The notes under the pieces are model-generated. The model was given only the letters and a program-made list of their open reading frames with translations, had not been told where the DNA came from and made no database searches. From Trichoplax adhaerens (Eukaryota; Animalia; Placozoa): a stretch of DNA of 64,000 nt. The stretch lies in assembly GCF_000150275.1 (NCBI RefSeq), contig NW_002060948.1, positions 3,237,183-3,301,182 on the forward strand, given 5' to 3'. Made by a program: the position numbers and the translations under genes. This document shows positions 14,301 to 28,532 of this stretch, in pieces (the stretch's first letter is position 1; every line of letters begins with the position of its first letter).

Positions 14301-17300
14301 ATATATACACTATTGTGTTGAGCAAACAAGGATGACTACATATCTTAAAGAGAAGATGAAAGACAGTAGCGAATTTAGAACTTTTTTGCAAGTAAGTAAT
14401 TATTATATCTTAGTGCTACTGTAATATGATATGATTAGATGCAAATTAATATTAACAAAAGTAAGTGCGTAAGTAACAAAACTGTTTGACTTTATTTTTC
14501 AAATTTAATTTATAGTGGTGTGAAAATCGAAAGCAACTCAACCGTCTACAGTTACCCGACTTACTAGCAAAGCCAATGCAAAGAATAACAAGATATCCCT
14601 TGTTGCTTAAAGCAATTAGAAAAAATCTTGATGATGAAATAGGCAAACAAAATATACAAACAATGGTAAATACTACTTTCAATAATTAATCAATTAATAA
14701 TACATAAAAGTACCCTTCTTCATATTTGGATTAAATGAATTTTATTCTCTACAGAGTGATCAAGTGGAACAATTTACTACAAAGATTAATAACGCAATAA
14801 AAGACCAGCAAGAATATGAAAAAATGTGTACCTCAGTTAGCCGAATCGAAGGCTATACTGTCATAGAACCGATAAATGAAGAAGTCGGCAAGGTATATAA
14901 CAACTCTTGCTGTTTATGTCTAAATTGAGGTAGTGGTAGTAATTACTCATATTTATACCCTCCCTGACTTCATTTCTAAGAATTGGAAACTACTCAGTTT
15001 TGATTATGTAATTTATAATTCTTCTTCTAGTACTTGAACAACTTTAGTAATCTTAACTTAACTGGTTCGATGCCCTTGATTTGTCCGAATGAGACGAGAG
15101 TAATTATTAAAGAAGGACCTTTGCGGTTAAAAGAGAAAGATGCTAAGGTTTGGAATATCTATTTTTACTACAACCACAATTTACAATACGAAAGACTAGA
15201 GAAATGCTAGTGTAAATCTCTCCACACTCTAATTGCTCCATCGATTGGCTCACTAAACGATACTTTTAATCAATATCACTGAATGCTACGGTAGCAAGAA
15301 GCTTAGTTAGCAAGTGGTCAAATAGGCACTGTTCGAAATGTTTAAAGTCTTAAAAAGCTTTTACAACTTGCATTAAGCCACTTTATTACCCAACGTAACA
15401 AATGTTACAAAATCAGTATTACTGTAAAATACTCTCATCTTCAATAAGAACTTAAACTGAGGCAGACAAGCAGGTTTGGATCGATACCCAATCATTGGAT
15501 GATAGATCCTCCAAAATATCTAAAGTATGATTTAATTATACTACAGCTGACTGTAGTTAATTACTTAAATTGTATTAGAATTCTTTAATAAACCCAAAGT
15601 GTAAGGTTTTACTTTAAAACCCGGTCGAAAAATGTTTTATATTAGCGCCGATCAATCTACTGTCGTTTAAACGTAATATTGATAGAGTTCTCAACAATTG
15701 GATAAATAGTACAGCAGACGTTACACTTTTTCTGCACACGTAATTATAACTATTACTCAGTAACGTTCAGATCTGTTCTAATGTATGTAGATTGATGCAT
15801 ATGGGTTCTTATTCACCGACCACCTTCTCATCACAAAGCAGTCCAAAAGCGGTAAAAGAATTAAAGTTATCAGACAGGTATGCCAACCGATTTATGTTGT
15901 TACTGCCAATGCAATATAACGTAACCATCGATTTTAATTATTACGTTATTAATTTTAACTGTCATATTCTATATCTACAGCCCTATTTATTGAATAAAAT
16001 CAAAGTATACAATCTAAAAGACTCAGGTGAATTTTTTACGGCCATCCAATAAATGTTTCTGTTAAGGCTAAAATGATTTCTTATGTTTTTTGACTTACTA
16101 TTTATTAACAAATTATGAAATACGTTTTTATTTGTCAATACGAAACAGGCTACTTTCTAATCATCTACTTAAGTGAATTCAATACTGCAGTATCCGCTCT
16201 AGCGTTGCAATCTACTAGTTCGGAGCATACCAATAATGAATGGATAGATGCCATCAACAAATCTACTGTATGTACAGTTTGCTTCTTCAATAAACCTTAT
16301 TGGGATAGTTTAAAATTTTATTCATACTTGATTGATTATTTCAAAATATTCTATTAGAGAGAATATAAGGATCTGCTCGCTGAAAATGGAAACTTCACAC
16401 AGTTATTTGGCACTCCTCCTCCATCGCCTATAGCCCGTCCTTCTCGCTTCCGGAGATCTGGACATTCAAATAGCAGTGATCATTTAATTATGAATGGAGA
16501 GAGAGGAAGAAGCATCTCAACGATATCTAACCGATTGGGGCCAGAGCTTGAAAGAAATAATTCGTTTTTATCTATTTCATCAGAGAAATTACCTAATAGT
16601 AGTTCGAGAAGAGGATCCATTGCGTCGGGAGAATACTCTCCGCCATCATCTCCTAAGCCTAAGAAAATGATAGCATCACTGCGACGTTCTCAAACGGTAC
16701 AAGAAGGAATTGGTGCTGGAAGATATGAGCACAAACGCAAATCTCCTGAAAAATTTCAAAGTCAGGATATTATAAACTTTAGCTTGCCTGTACGAAATCC
16801 GGAAAGATCTAATAATGCAATAACAGAAGGGATTGCAATTGTTGCTACCGAATCGGAAACGACCTCATTAGGGACTACCGAAGCAGATAAAGAAGAGTCA
16901 AGTACGAATCTCAGCGAGCAAGATACTTCCACTAATCTAAATCCAGATGAAGGTAAAATCTCTAATGTTACCAATCCTGAAGGTAAAGATGAAATAGACG
17001 AAACGATCCGGGAATCTAATGGGACATCTAAGGATAAAAATAAAAACGATGATATAGCAACCGTTCAAATTACGCCGAGCGGGTCTCCACAAATATCAAA
17101 GTCAAACAAAGTTTATGATGGAAAGATGAAACTATCTAAAACCAGATTTAGAACTGCAAAGAATCGATTCAAAGAGAACATAAGTGATAGCGATCATTTA
17201 ACTGCCGAAAGCGGTGAGTCATCTGAGGTAGAAGAACGAAGTGATTCACAGAAGGATACAGAAAATTTAGAAGAAGGAAGTGATTTACAGAAGGATACAG

Positions 17301-19172
17301 AAAATGTAGAAGAACGAAGTGATTTACAGAAGGATACAGAAAATTTAGAAGAAGGAAGTGATTTACAGAAGGATACAGAAAATTTGGAAGAACTAAGCGA
17401 TTTACAGAAGGCTACAGAAAATTTAGAAGAACGAAGTAATTTACAGAAGGATACAGAAAATTTAGAAGAACGAAGTGATTTACAGAAGGATACAGAAAGT
17501 TTGGAAGAACTAAGCGATTTACAGAAGGCTACAGAAAATTTAGAAGAACGAAGTGATTTACAGAAGGATACAGAAAATTTAGAAGAAGCATCAAACTCCA
17601 AGGAATCACATGATAATCTGTTGAGTAATGATGATGCAAACGTGGAAGAGTCACCTGAGTACGCTAAGTCAGCATCTACTAATAATGAATTGGAAACTGA
17701 AAAGACCCCTAAAGAAAAAACAAAGGAAGACGTCGTGGATGATATACGGTTGACTGTTAATGACGAAGATCAAATCAAAACTGAAATCAGAACTTCTGAT
17801 AATCAACAAACCATTACAGAAGGTGACGTAGGTAATAATTTAGAAAGCCAAGCAAGTGGCAATGGTGATAGTAACAATGAAGAACCTAATGTAACGGATT
17901 CGAAGCAAGAGATTAAAGAAGTAGATAGTGAAAATCGCAATCAAGTAGAAGAAGTGAATCCGTTAGTAAAGGAGGAACAGTCGACCGATACTGACGGCAT
18001 CAACGAACAAATTGTTGGAGATTCCGATAAAAAAGAAGATATACCAGACAATGAAGCCATAGTTGTACTAGCTGATGATATATTGAAGGCGGAAACCGTT
18101 CCAGTAACCTCGGATGAAGTAAAGGTTGACGAGAATATGGCCGAGAACGCCGAGATTTTAGATACTGGCAAGGTCCCCACAGTAAAGAGTGAAGAAGTAA
18201 TGAATACTGAATTACCTGACAGAGAGGAACTTCCTCAAGAAACGAAAACAGAACTTATAAGTAGTAACGAAACAGCGTTGACTGAAGAAAGCAGCAATGC
18301 ACCAGTTCTTGATGCTGATAATCGTGTTGATGAAAATCTTTGTGATCAGTCTGATGTGATTCCGAGCGAATTATCACCTGACTTGGCGATGCCAAGCGAA
18401 GCGCTACCTGGTAACGAATCTGAATCCGCATTTTTAACCATTGCACCTCCGCCAGATTTTGCAGACGACAGCTACGACGACGTTTTCGATAATCAATTTC
18501 CTGAAAATGAGCATACTGATAGGGATGTTGCTTCTTCGACATCTGATCAGGACGAAGAAGACTCTAAAGCGGTGGAAGTTGTTATTGATGATTCTGAGCA
18601 AGTCACCCATAGCGATGACGATGTGGACCGAGAATTATCGGACGGGGATGATTATGAGAACAACCCCGCAGCTGACGCCGAGGTTGACATGGCAAATTAT
18701 AATTACAATGAGATGCCACCAAATAATTCACAGAACACAAGCGCAGATCAAGATCCAATATCTGATGGTATTAAAAGCCCGCCCCTAAGTAGAGTGACAG
18801 AAAGCTTGTTGCGGACCCCGTCGCAAAAAGGGCATAGGAATAGAAGTAAGCCAATTGACCAAAGCATGTTGCAGATGAAAGATGGCGTAGAATTATGTGC
18901 TCTCCAACTAAAATTGCAGAAATTAGGGGCAACCAGAAATCCCATCAAGATGGCGCAGGCCAAGCGACTGTACTTGAGAACGTTGTCTTTATCTGCTCAG
19001 TAAGTCTGGTATAAAGTCGATTACAGTTTTCCACGATTTTAATTAATTAAATGCCCTTGTTGACCTTCGCTAAATTTAGTTTTTATTGGTAATAGACGGG
19101 ATTCTTTTACGATATATAAAATCGTGTGTCACTTACTAAATTTATGATTGTACATATTACAGGAAAGTCTAA
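11364..19172 (+). CDS. PLEKHG5: PLEKHG5/Syx-like RhoGEF (RBD-like domain, DH, PH, long acidic disordered tail)
   Basis: Phase-consistent exons: 11364-11427, 11621-11750, 12012-12075, 12203-12261, 12403-12542, 12685-12803, 12952-13071, 13172/13175-13276, 13391-13426, 13507-13602, 13685-13735, 13850-13942, 14038-14097, 14281-14391, 14516-14665, 14755-14892, 15031-15147, 15791-15877, 15981-16026, 16149-16267, 16358-18999 (or to stop 19003), 19163-19172. Family-typical peptides: KTLREVLQQFYEK..VYLESSQSALPYTFNSYPLGG..VKA, SWRDYVEG, HQQAIWELLSTEVGYL, LPDLLAKPMQRITRYPLLLKAI, FLFTDHLLITK, FLIIYLSEFNTAV. Confidence 0.88.
17231..17581 (+). repeat. Coding minisatellite, 9 x 39 bp (13 aa, EERSDLQKDTENL)
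   Basis: Nine near-identical in-frame units GAAGAACGAAGTGATTTACAGAAGGATACAGAAAATTTA inside the large RhoGEF exon. Confidence 0.95.
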
Positions 19173-20371
19173 TTTTGCAACATTTGGATTTGAAAGTATG
19201 AAAGTTTTCTACTGATAGCTACAACTGGGTTTTAGATATTGAATTCAAAGGCAAATTCTGGTCATTATGCAACATAATTATTTTATAATCCTTTCTACCG
19301 CGGATAAGTCATGCTGCAATTTAGACAGAATTATAGGAGGAAAAATTATTTTGTCTTTACAAATAATTTAGATCGATTATTTTTTATATTATTTTATTTT
19401 ATTAATGTAATAACGCGCTACGATAAGTTCGGTTTTGCTAAGGGTCAATGAAATATAGAACTGACACTTACAAACAACGTTTCGGGATTATATCATTTCT
19501 ACTGTACATGTATCGACTTCTTTATTAATTTAATATAATTTGTAATAAACTAGAGAACTTGGCATGAAGCTTTTTATCATTGAACGTTTTTACAGCATTA
19601 CCCCATTTATATCAAACGCTACAGTTAAAAACGATATTATTATTTAACTTATCATTTATTTGCTAACAAAATATAGTCTTATAGGGCTTTGACGTTATGA
19701 CCTACACTATGCGTATATATGAAATTTTTGTCTCTCGTATAATATCTTTCAACATAAGGAACAGGTTTTATTGGAGTAGTACAATATTAAACAGTCCAAA
19801 TTTTCATCTAATAAGACAATGGATAGACAACTGAAAAAATCTTTATGATTTATTTCATTATGACTGTTTTTCTTATTAATTTACGAGTACTACTGGAAGA
19901 TTCATTTTTTCAATAGTAAGGTAAATGGTATTAATTGGTGCTAATACCAACTTCATTGAAGTTAGCTTAAAATAAAAATTTTATGGTTATGATGTCTACA
20001 CAATTACGCACTGTATGGTATGAAATTGTAGTAAAAATAAACTTTACGATTTGATAATTACATTTTTAATGAATATAGTTCGTTATTAAGGGATGCGATT
20101 TCAATAAGCATGGATATCTTTGCCGAGTATTCATTTACAGACTGTCCTGCCCTATTTTATCAGAGTTTCATCGAAGTCGATAAAGGCGCAAAAGCGTGTT
20201 GTGTTCAAGATTTGTAAAGACTTTGAAAGAATCGCATTGTACGTAGACATTCTCAGCTATCAAGCTAAAGAAAGATATTTCCATTTTTCTGTCAATTTCG
20301 CTTGCGTCTACAGGACAGTGCAACACACTGTACGCATAGTAATTGCGATATTGCCGCATGCTTTTGTGGAG

Positions 20372-21194
20372 TTTTATCTACTGTATTATACTGTAGTATC
20401 TCTATGATGTAGACTGTAAAAGTCAACATGAAATCAGACACTACTGAATAACGGTAGTCCTTGGTCACTGTTTTCATCCAGTTTTCCATATCTGTCTTTT
20501 ATGGAGACTCTACCGAAGTGTACACTGTCCATTAGACCAGCCGGTTTATAAAATGTTCATGAAATAGTTAGCTGAAACTGTTCTACCCCGTGCTGATGCA
20601 TAATTAACTTAAATTATACTGTACGGTACACCTCTCTATAAAAAATTTTGAAATTAATGATAGAGAGAAGCGATAAAGGTAAAAGGAAGAATTTTTATCT
20701 ACTGTATTATATAACTCTATGATGTAGACTGTAAAAAGTCAACATGAAATCAGAGACTACTGAATAACGGTAGTCCTTGGTCACTGTTTTCATCCAGTTT
20801 TCCATCTGTCTTTTATGGAGACTCTACCGAAGTGTACACTGTCTACTAGACCAGCCGGTTTATAAAATGTTCATAAAATAGTTAGCTGAAACTGTTCTAC
20901 AGTATACGGTGGCTCATAAGGCTCAGCGCAATATTCCGTAAGAACTGGTGATACGCTACAGAAATGATGTCACACAATCTTCAAGTGATGTCGCGCAAAC
21001 TTGAATTGGTGATACGACAGAAATGATGTCACACAATTTTTGAAGTGATGTCGCGCTAACTTCCAAATGCACAGCACAGTGTCATACCTTAGTAGTTCTA
21101 CCCCCGTACTGATGCATAATTAACTTCAATTATACTGTACTGTCCACGTCTCTAGAAAAAGTTTTGCAATTAATGATAGAGAAGAAGCGATAAA
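20372..21194 (+). repeat. Tandem duplication of ~305 bp (20372-20677 and 20693-21194); the second copy is interrupted by an insertion
   Basis: Long near-identical stretches (e.g. CTCTATGATGTAGACTGTAAAA...GTTAGCTGAAACTGTTCTAC). Similarity resumes after 21095 (CTGATGCATAATTAACTT...GAAGCGATAAA). Confidence 0.95.
20901..21094. mobile_element. 194-bp insertion flanked by a 7-bp direct repeat (GTTCTAC); putative non-autonomous element
   Basis: GTTCTAC lies at 20894-20900 and 21095-21101. The sister copy has a single GTTCTAC (20580-20586) and lacks the insert. No clear TIRs or poly(A) tail. Confidence 0.6.
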
Positions 21195-21214
21195 TGGGCG
21201 TTTACCATGATGGT

Positions 21215-22270
21215 AGTGTACACTGTACAGTATGGTACAGTACATTCAAGTACAGTACAGTACACAGTGCAGCACGTACAGTACTGTAGTCCAGTGAACT
21301 AAGACACTGGTACTACTGTACACTCAGTTCAGTACAGTACTGTACGGTACTCTAAAACTGTACTACTGTACAGTAGATTGATTTTCTACTGTACTGTACA
21401 GTACATGACGCTTTCGTTTTATCGCATCGCCCATTCTAATTATTTAAGCGTCATTGTAGAGTTCAATTTGAGGGAAATTTTCAGAATTATCATTGCTTGT
21501 CATCATACTTACAGAAATAATGGGATATTTCTGTAACAACTATCAAAATCATTGACAATTGGGAAAATTCGTCGTAAAGAGACAAGTCCGTGAAAGAAGA
21601 GAATCGGACAGGATACGATCGTTGGCAAGCGAACTTTTTTTATGCCTAGCCGTTTCAATTGTACAGTACGTACTGTACAGTACAGTATAAAAAGCCATTA
21701 AACAATCAACAATAGGATTGTACAGTACTGTACTGTACTGTACAGTGTACAGTACTGTATAAAAACACCATCGGCAAGGGTAGGCTATACTGTGGTATAA
21801 TGAGTGAAAAAAAGTCGGCCTCTCATTTTTGGCAGCTTTTGGCCCTGTCCAGGGTACACTGTACAGTGTCCAGTCTCTCTCCTCTTTCGAGTAGTCCCTG
21901 ATAGTTCTCTCTTTCCTAGTCCTCTGATACTGGCATCGGCCATTGCACACTTGCACAGTACAGTACAGTGGTACACTGTTACAGTTCTGCAAAATGGACG
22001 CGTTGTTGCAGCTCAACGCTCAACAAACTTTGAGTCATACTGTACAGTATACAGTATAGTGTACAGTATTCCACTACAGTACATGGCTATAGTACAGTAC
22101 ACTGTACTGTACTGTAGGCAGTTTTCTTGGACATTTACACTGTACCTTTTGACCGGGATCGAAGGCAAAAGTTCCGTCCGTCATTCCTGTCTACTGTATA
22201 GGAAAATACCTACAGTACTGTATACTGTAGCGGCCCACTGTGCACGGTACAGGACTGTACACTGTACAGT
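21215..22270. promoter_or_regulatory. Large TACAG/CTGTA island immediately upstream of CAPZB
   Basis: Dozens of TACAG/CTGTA/TACAC pentamers in both orientations, including the palindrome GTACAGTACTGTAC at 21720. The island ends about 130 bp before the ATG at 22402. Confidence 0.7.
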
Positions 22271-22401
22271 ATTGAACTTCCTTGAACTTACCTACCAGCA
22301 GCCGAGATTGCTCTGCGAGAAACGATTTGGCGTGCCATTTTATTTCATTTTTGCCTTGATTTGATTTAGTTGGCCCGTAACAACCGTTCCAAAGATCGAA
22401 A

Positions 22402-25280
<2,879 letters not shown>

Positions 25281-26399
25281 ATTTTGTAAAAAATTGTCAT
25301 AGATGTAGAATATGTACCTGATTAAAATTTTTGTTAACTTGCCAGCTGGTGATCCACTGGTTGTTTGTCTCCACTATATACTAAGTAATCTTCATCGACA
25401 TTTAAAAACGTTTTTGGTTAATTTTGACACTGATTTCTAAAATAAAAATTTCACTTGTGTGGATAATCTAATTTTAAAATGATTTTAAGTTGGAATCAGC
25501 AGCGTATATTTACGTATTACAGTATTCGCACTTTAATAATTATGTACTTGTTACAGTTTCCTATTCGATTGTATAATTAGCAAATTAGATAAATGTAGAG
25601 AGCGTTAACAGTATAACGGATTGTACGTTGTAGTAGTAACTGTCTCGTATGTCTTTAGTAGAAAGTCAATTTCGTTTGCGTAAGCTTGTCATTACAATTA
25701 TCGGTTAACATCAATCACGTCGCAATACAAGTGATCCTATTGATTAGCTTAAATTAGTTATATGTGCATTCTGTTCTCGACAAGCGATTATACTATTTAG
25801 CTTAAACTAGTCCGCAATAAGCGTATTCTTATTTCCGTAGTCACTATTCTGGTGATGATGGCAGTGATTAGTAAATGTAGTAAAAAGAATTGGAAAAAAG
25901 AAAGAATTTAATCTTAAGCCATGGTTTGCAACAGTTATTTATTCATACTATGAGTAGAATTATACAGGTAACTGACCAATCTAATTTTATTCATTGTAAA
26001 ATATACAACTCTAATTAATGTGATCGTAGCACTCGGGGCAATTTTAGGCTCTGATTGTTCACTTATTAACATGCCCCAGCTAGTAGTTAAATAGACAATT
26101 TTTGTTCAAATTAAGGGTACAAATATACTTATAATCACCAATTTGGATATAAAATGACACCTTACTAGTTTAACATCAATGCAGCAATTTTCTGAACATA
26201 TATGAATACCGCGTGAATTTTATCAGCATCAACTAAATTTTATCTAGGCATAAAATACATGATTCTTTCTGATAAATTTGTTCCTTCTATATGCTGCTTT
26301 ACCTAACGTACAGTTTATCATATCCGGTTGATAGCCTGATAAGTACTGTAGATTCTGTATTTGCTGACAAAATACCAACTGATCTTCACTATTTAGTCC

Positions 26400-28532
26400 T
26401 CATTCATTATTGGCCAGATCCTCTTCTGAAGTAGCTGATAGTAATGCCTGAGCCGATTGAGGTAATTGCTCGTAACTTGGATCATCTTGAGCTCGACTGT
26501 GATTAATTCCGTAAAAAAAGTAGATGGCAAATCCTGATGACGAGATCAAGTAGAACCACGCATTTTAGTAACAGAAATGAGCATACTGTACCCTATCAGA
26601 TAGTACTACCAATGAATTCATACCGTCCTGCGATTACTAATACTACTAGTACTAAGGAGACCGATTTCATTCAATTCTGACTAGTTTATTATGCAATCGT
26701 AAAATGATATTAATTTTAATTTTAATCATAAATGATTGATAAATACTATACATACCTATAGCTAACCAAATAACAAAACGAATCCATGTTACTGGTTGAA
26801 GCATGAGCATTAAATAAATATTAGCCATAATTGATAAAATTGGCATAAATGGGAGCAATGGAGCTTTGAATGGAATTACAACATGACTTTGTGGTTGGAA
26901 TGCAACGCCTAGGATAGCAAAAATCACTATTACCGTAAAGATAATAACTAATAGGATTAGCCATCCGTTGCCATTTCGTAGCTCTTGATAGCCATGGATA
27001 AGAACAGCAAAAAGGCAAAATGAGAATACGATAATTAACATCGTAGCAGTAGTTACAGCACGACTGGTTTGCACGGTCGGTACAGATGAACTCCGTTGCG
27101 ATGTCAAAAACTGCCTACAATAAGATACACATTGTTGCCATCGATTAGAGTCTGAAAGTGGCGCTGAATTGCTTTGATCATCGGACCGATTTAATTGGCT
27201 TAGTTCTTCGGTAGGTTTATTCGAAAAGTTATTTTTATCACCGTCGTTAAACTGCCGTTGCTCGCCTGTCGTAGATGATTCCATTCCATGTTGTTGATCA
27301 TCTGGCCTATAACGTAAAATGAGGACACAACAAGACACTAACATGTAGGCTAATAAAGTTCCAATAGACATCATTTCAACAAGATGTTCAATACTGAATA
27401 GCATAGCTAATAAAGCGGCAATAAGACCGAATAAATACACAGCGACTAACGGTGTTTTAGTTTTGGGATGTATACGAGCAAGAAATTGAAAAATTAACCC
27501 ATCATTGGCCATAGCGTAGACAATTCGTGGCAGCGGAAAGATACATCCCATTAAACTAGCACTTAGACCACTTATAGCGCCAATCGAAACGATATATTTG
27601 ACAAATGGAACGCCAACTTGCTCAAACATGACTGATAATGCAGCATTTTCGTTCAACATATAATATGGAACAATCAATGTCATAACTATAGATATAGCGA
27701 TATAAGCGACACAACAAATTGCCAAGGAAATGATAATAGCAGCAGGGATTGATTTTTTAGGGTTATCGGCTTCTTCACCAGTCGTAGCGATAATATCGAA
27801 ACCAACAAACGAATAAAAGCATGTTGCAGCGCCAGCAAGTACACCACCACCACCGTATGGGAAAAATCCACCATTTTGATCTAGCCAATTGTCGACATTG
27901 ACATAAAATAGGCCAAATACAATTATAAATATGATAACAGATAAGTTGATTGTCGTAAAGATTATATTTGTACTGGATGACTTTTGTACTCCTATAGCAA
28001 TAATCGTCACAGCGATTAGGGTGATGAAAAATGCTAAAAAATCAGGATAAGCAAAGAAACTTCCTGCCATGGATGGAAAATGAGATTTTAAAGCATCAAT
28101 GTAGACACCGCCAATTATAGAATCTAAGTAACCACTCCATGATCGAGCGATAGAAGCAGTCCCGATTAAATACTCTAAAATTAAATTCCAACCGATAATA
28201 AAAGCTGGTAATTCACCTACGGTAACATAACAGTAAGTATAGGCAGATCCAGCCCTTGGTACTCGCGATGAAAATTCAGCATAACATAGAGCAGCTAAAG
28301 CCGAAGTAATGGCAGCAATAACAAAGGAAAAAATAACCGCCGGGCCAGCGATATTTCGTGCTACTTGACCAGTAACGACGTAAACACCAGCGCCTAAAGT
28401 CCCACCGATGCCTAAAGTCACTAAATCAAATGTAGATAGGCATCGTTGTAACTCTGTCTTAAGAACGTTCTCCTGTGAAACGTTTTTTAAACGGGTAAAA
28501 CTCCTCACCCATCCTGATACCCTAGCCGCCAT
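26400..28532 (-). CDS. Cationic amino acid transporter (SLC7 CAT family; CAT-4/CAT1-3-like)
   Basis: Exons 28532-26756 and 26533-26400 (TGA). Motifs: [103 protein letters not shown]. Confidence 0.95.

Noticed and set aside
17231-17581. Regular 39-bp periodicity resembling a CRISPR array
   Set aside because: There are no unique spacers, the repeat is in-frame and coding, the context is eukaryotic, and no cas genes are present.
16762-18963. Antisense and alternate-frame ORFs over the large RhoGEF exon, including the 135-aa SSKFSVSFCKSL repeat
   Set aside because: They are shadows of the real coding strand and its 39-bp repeat.
21549-22364. ORFs of 155, 63 and 186 aa rich in Y/C/T/V/S (similar ones at 6537-7189, 10085-10270, 61086-62000)
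   Set aside because: They are translations of stop-poor TACAG/CTGTA arrays, with no domain-like content.
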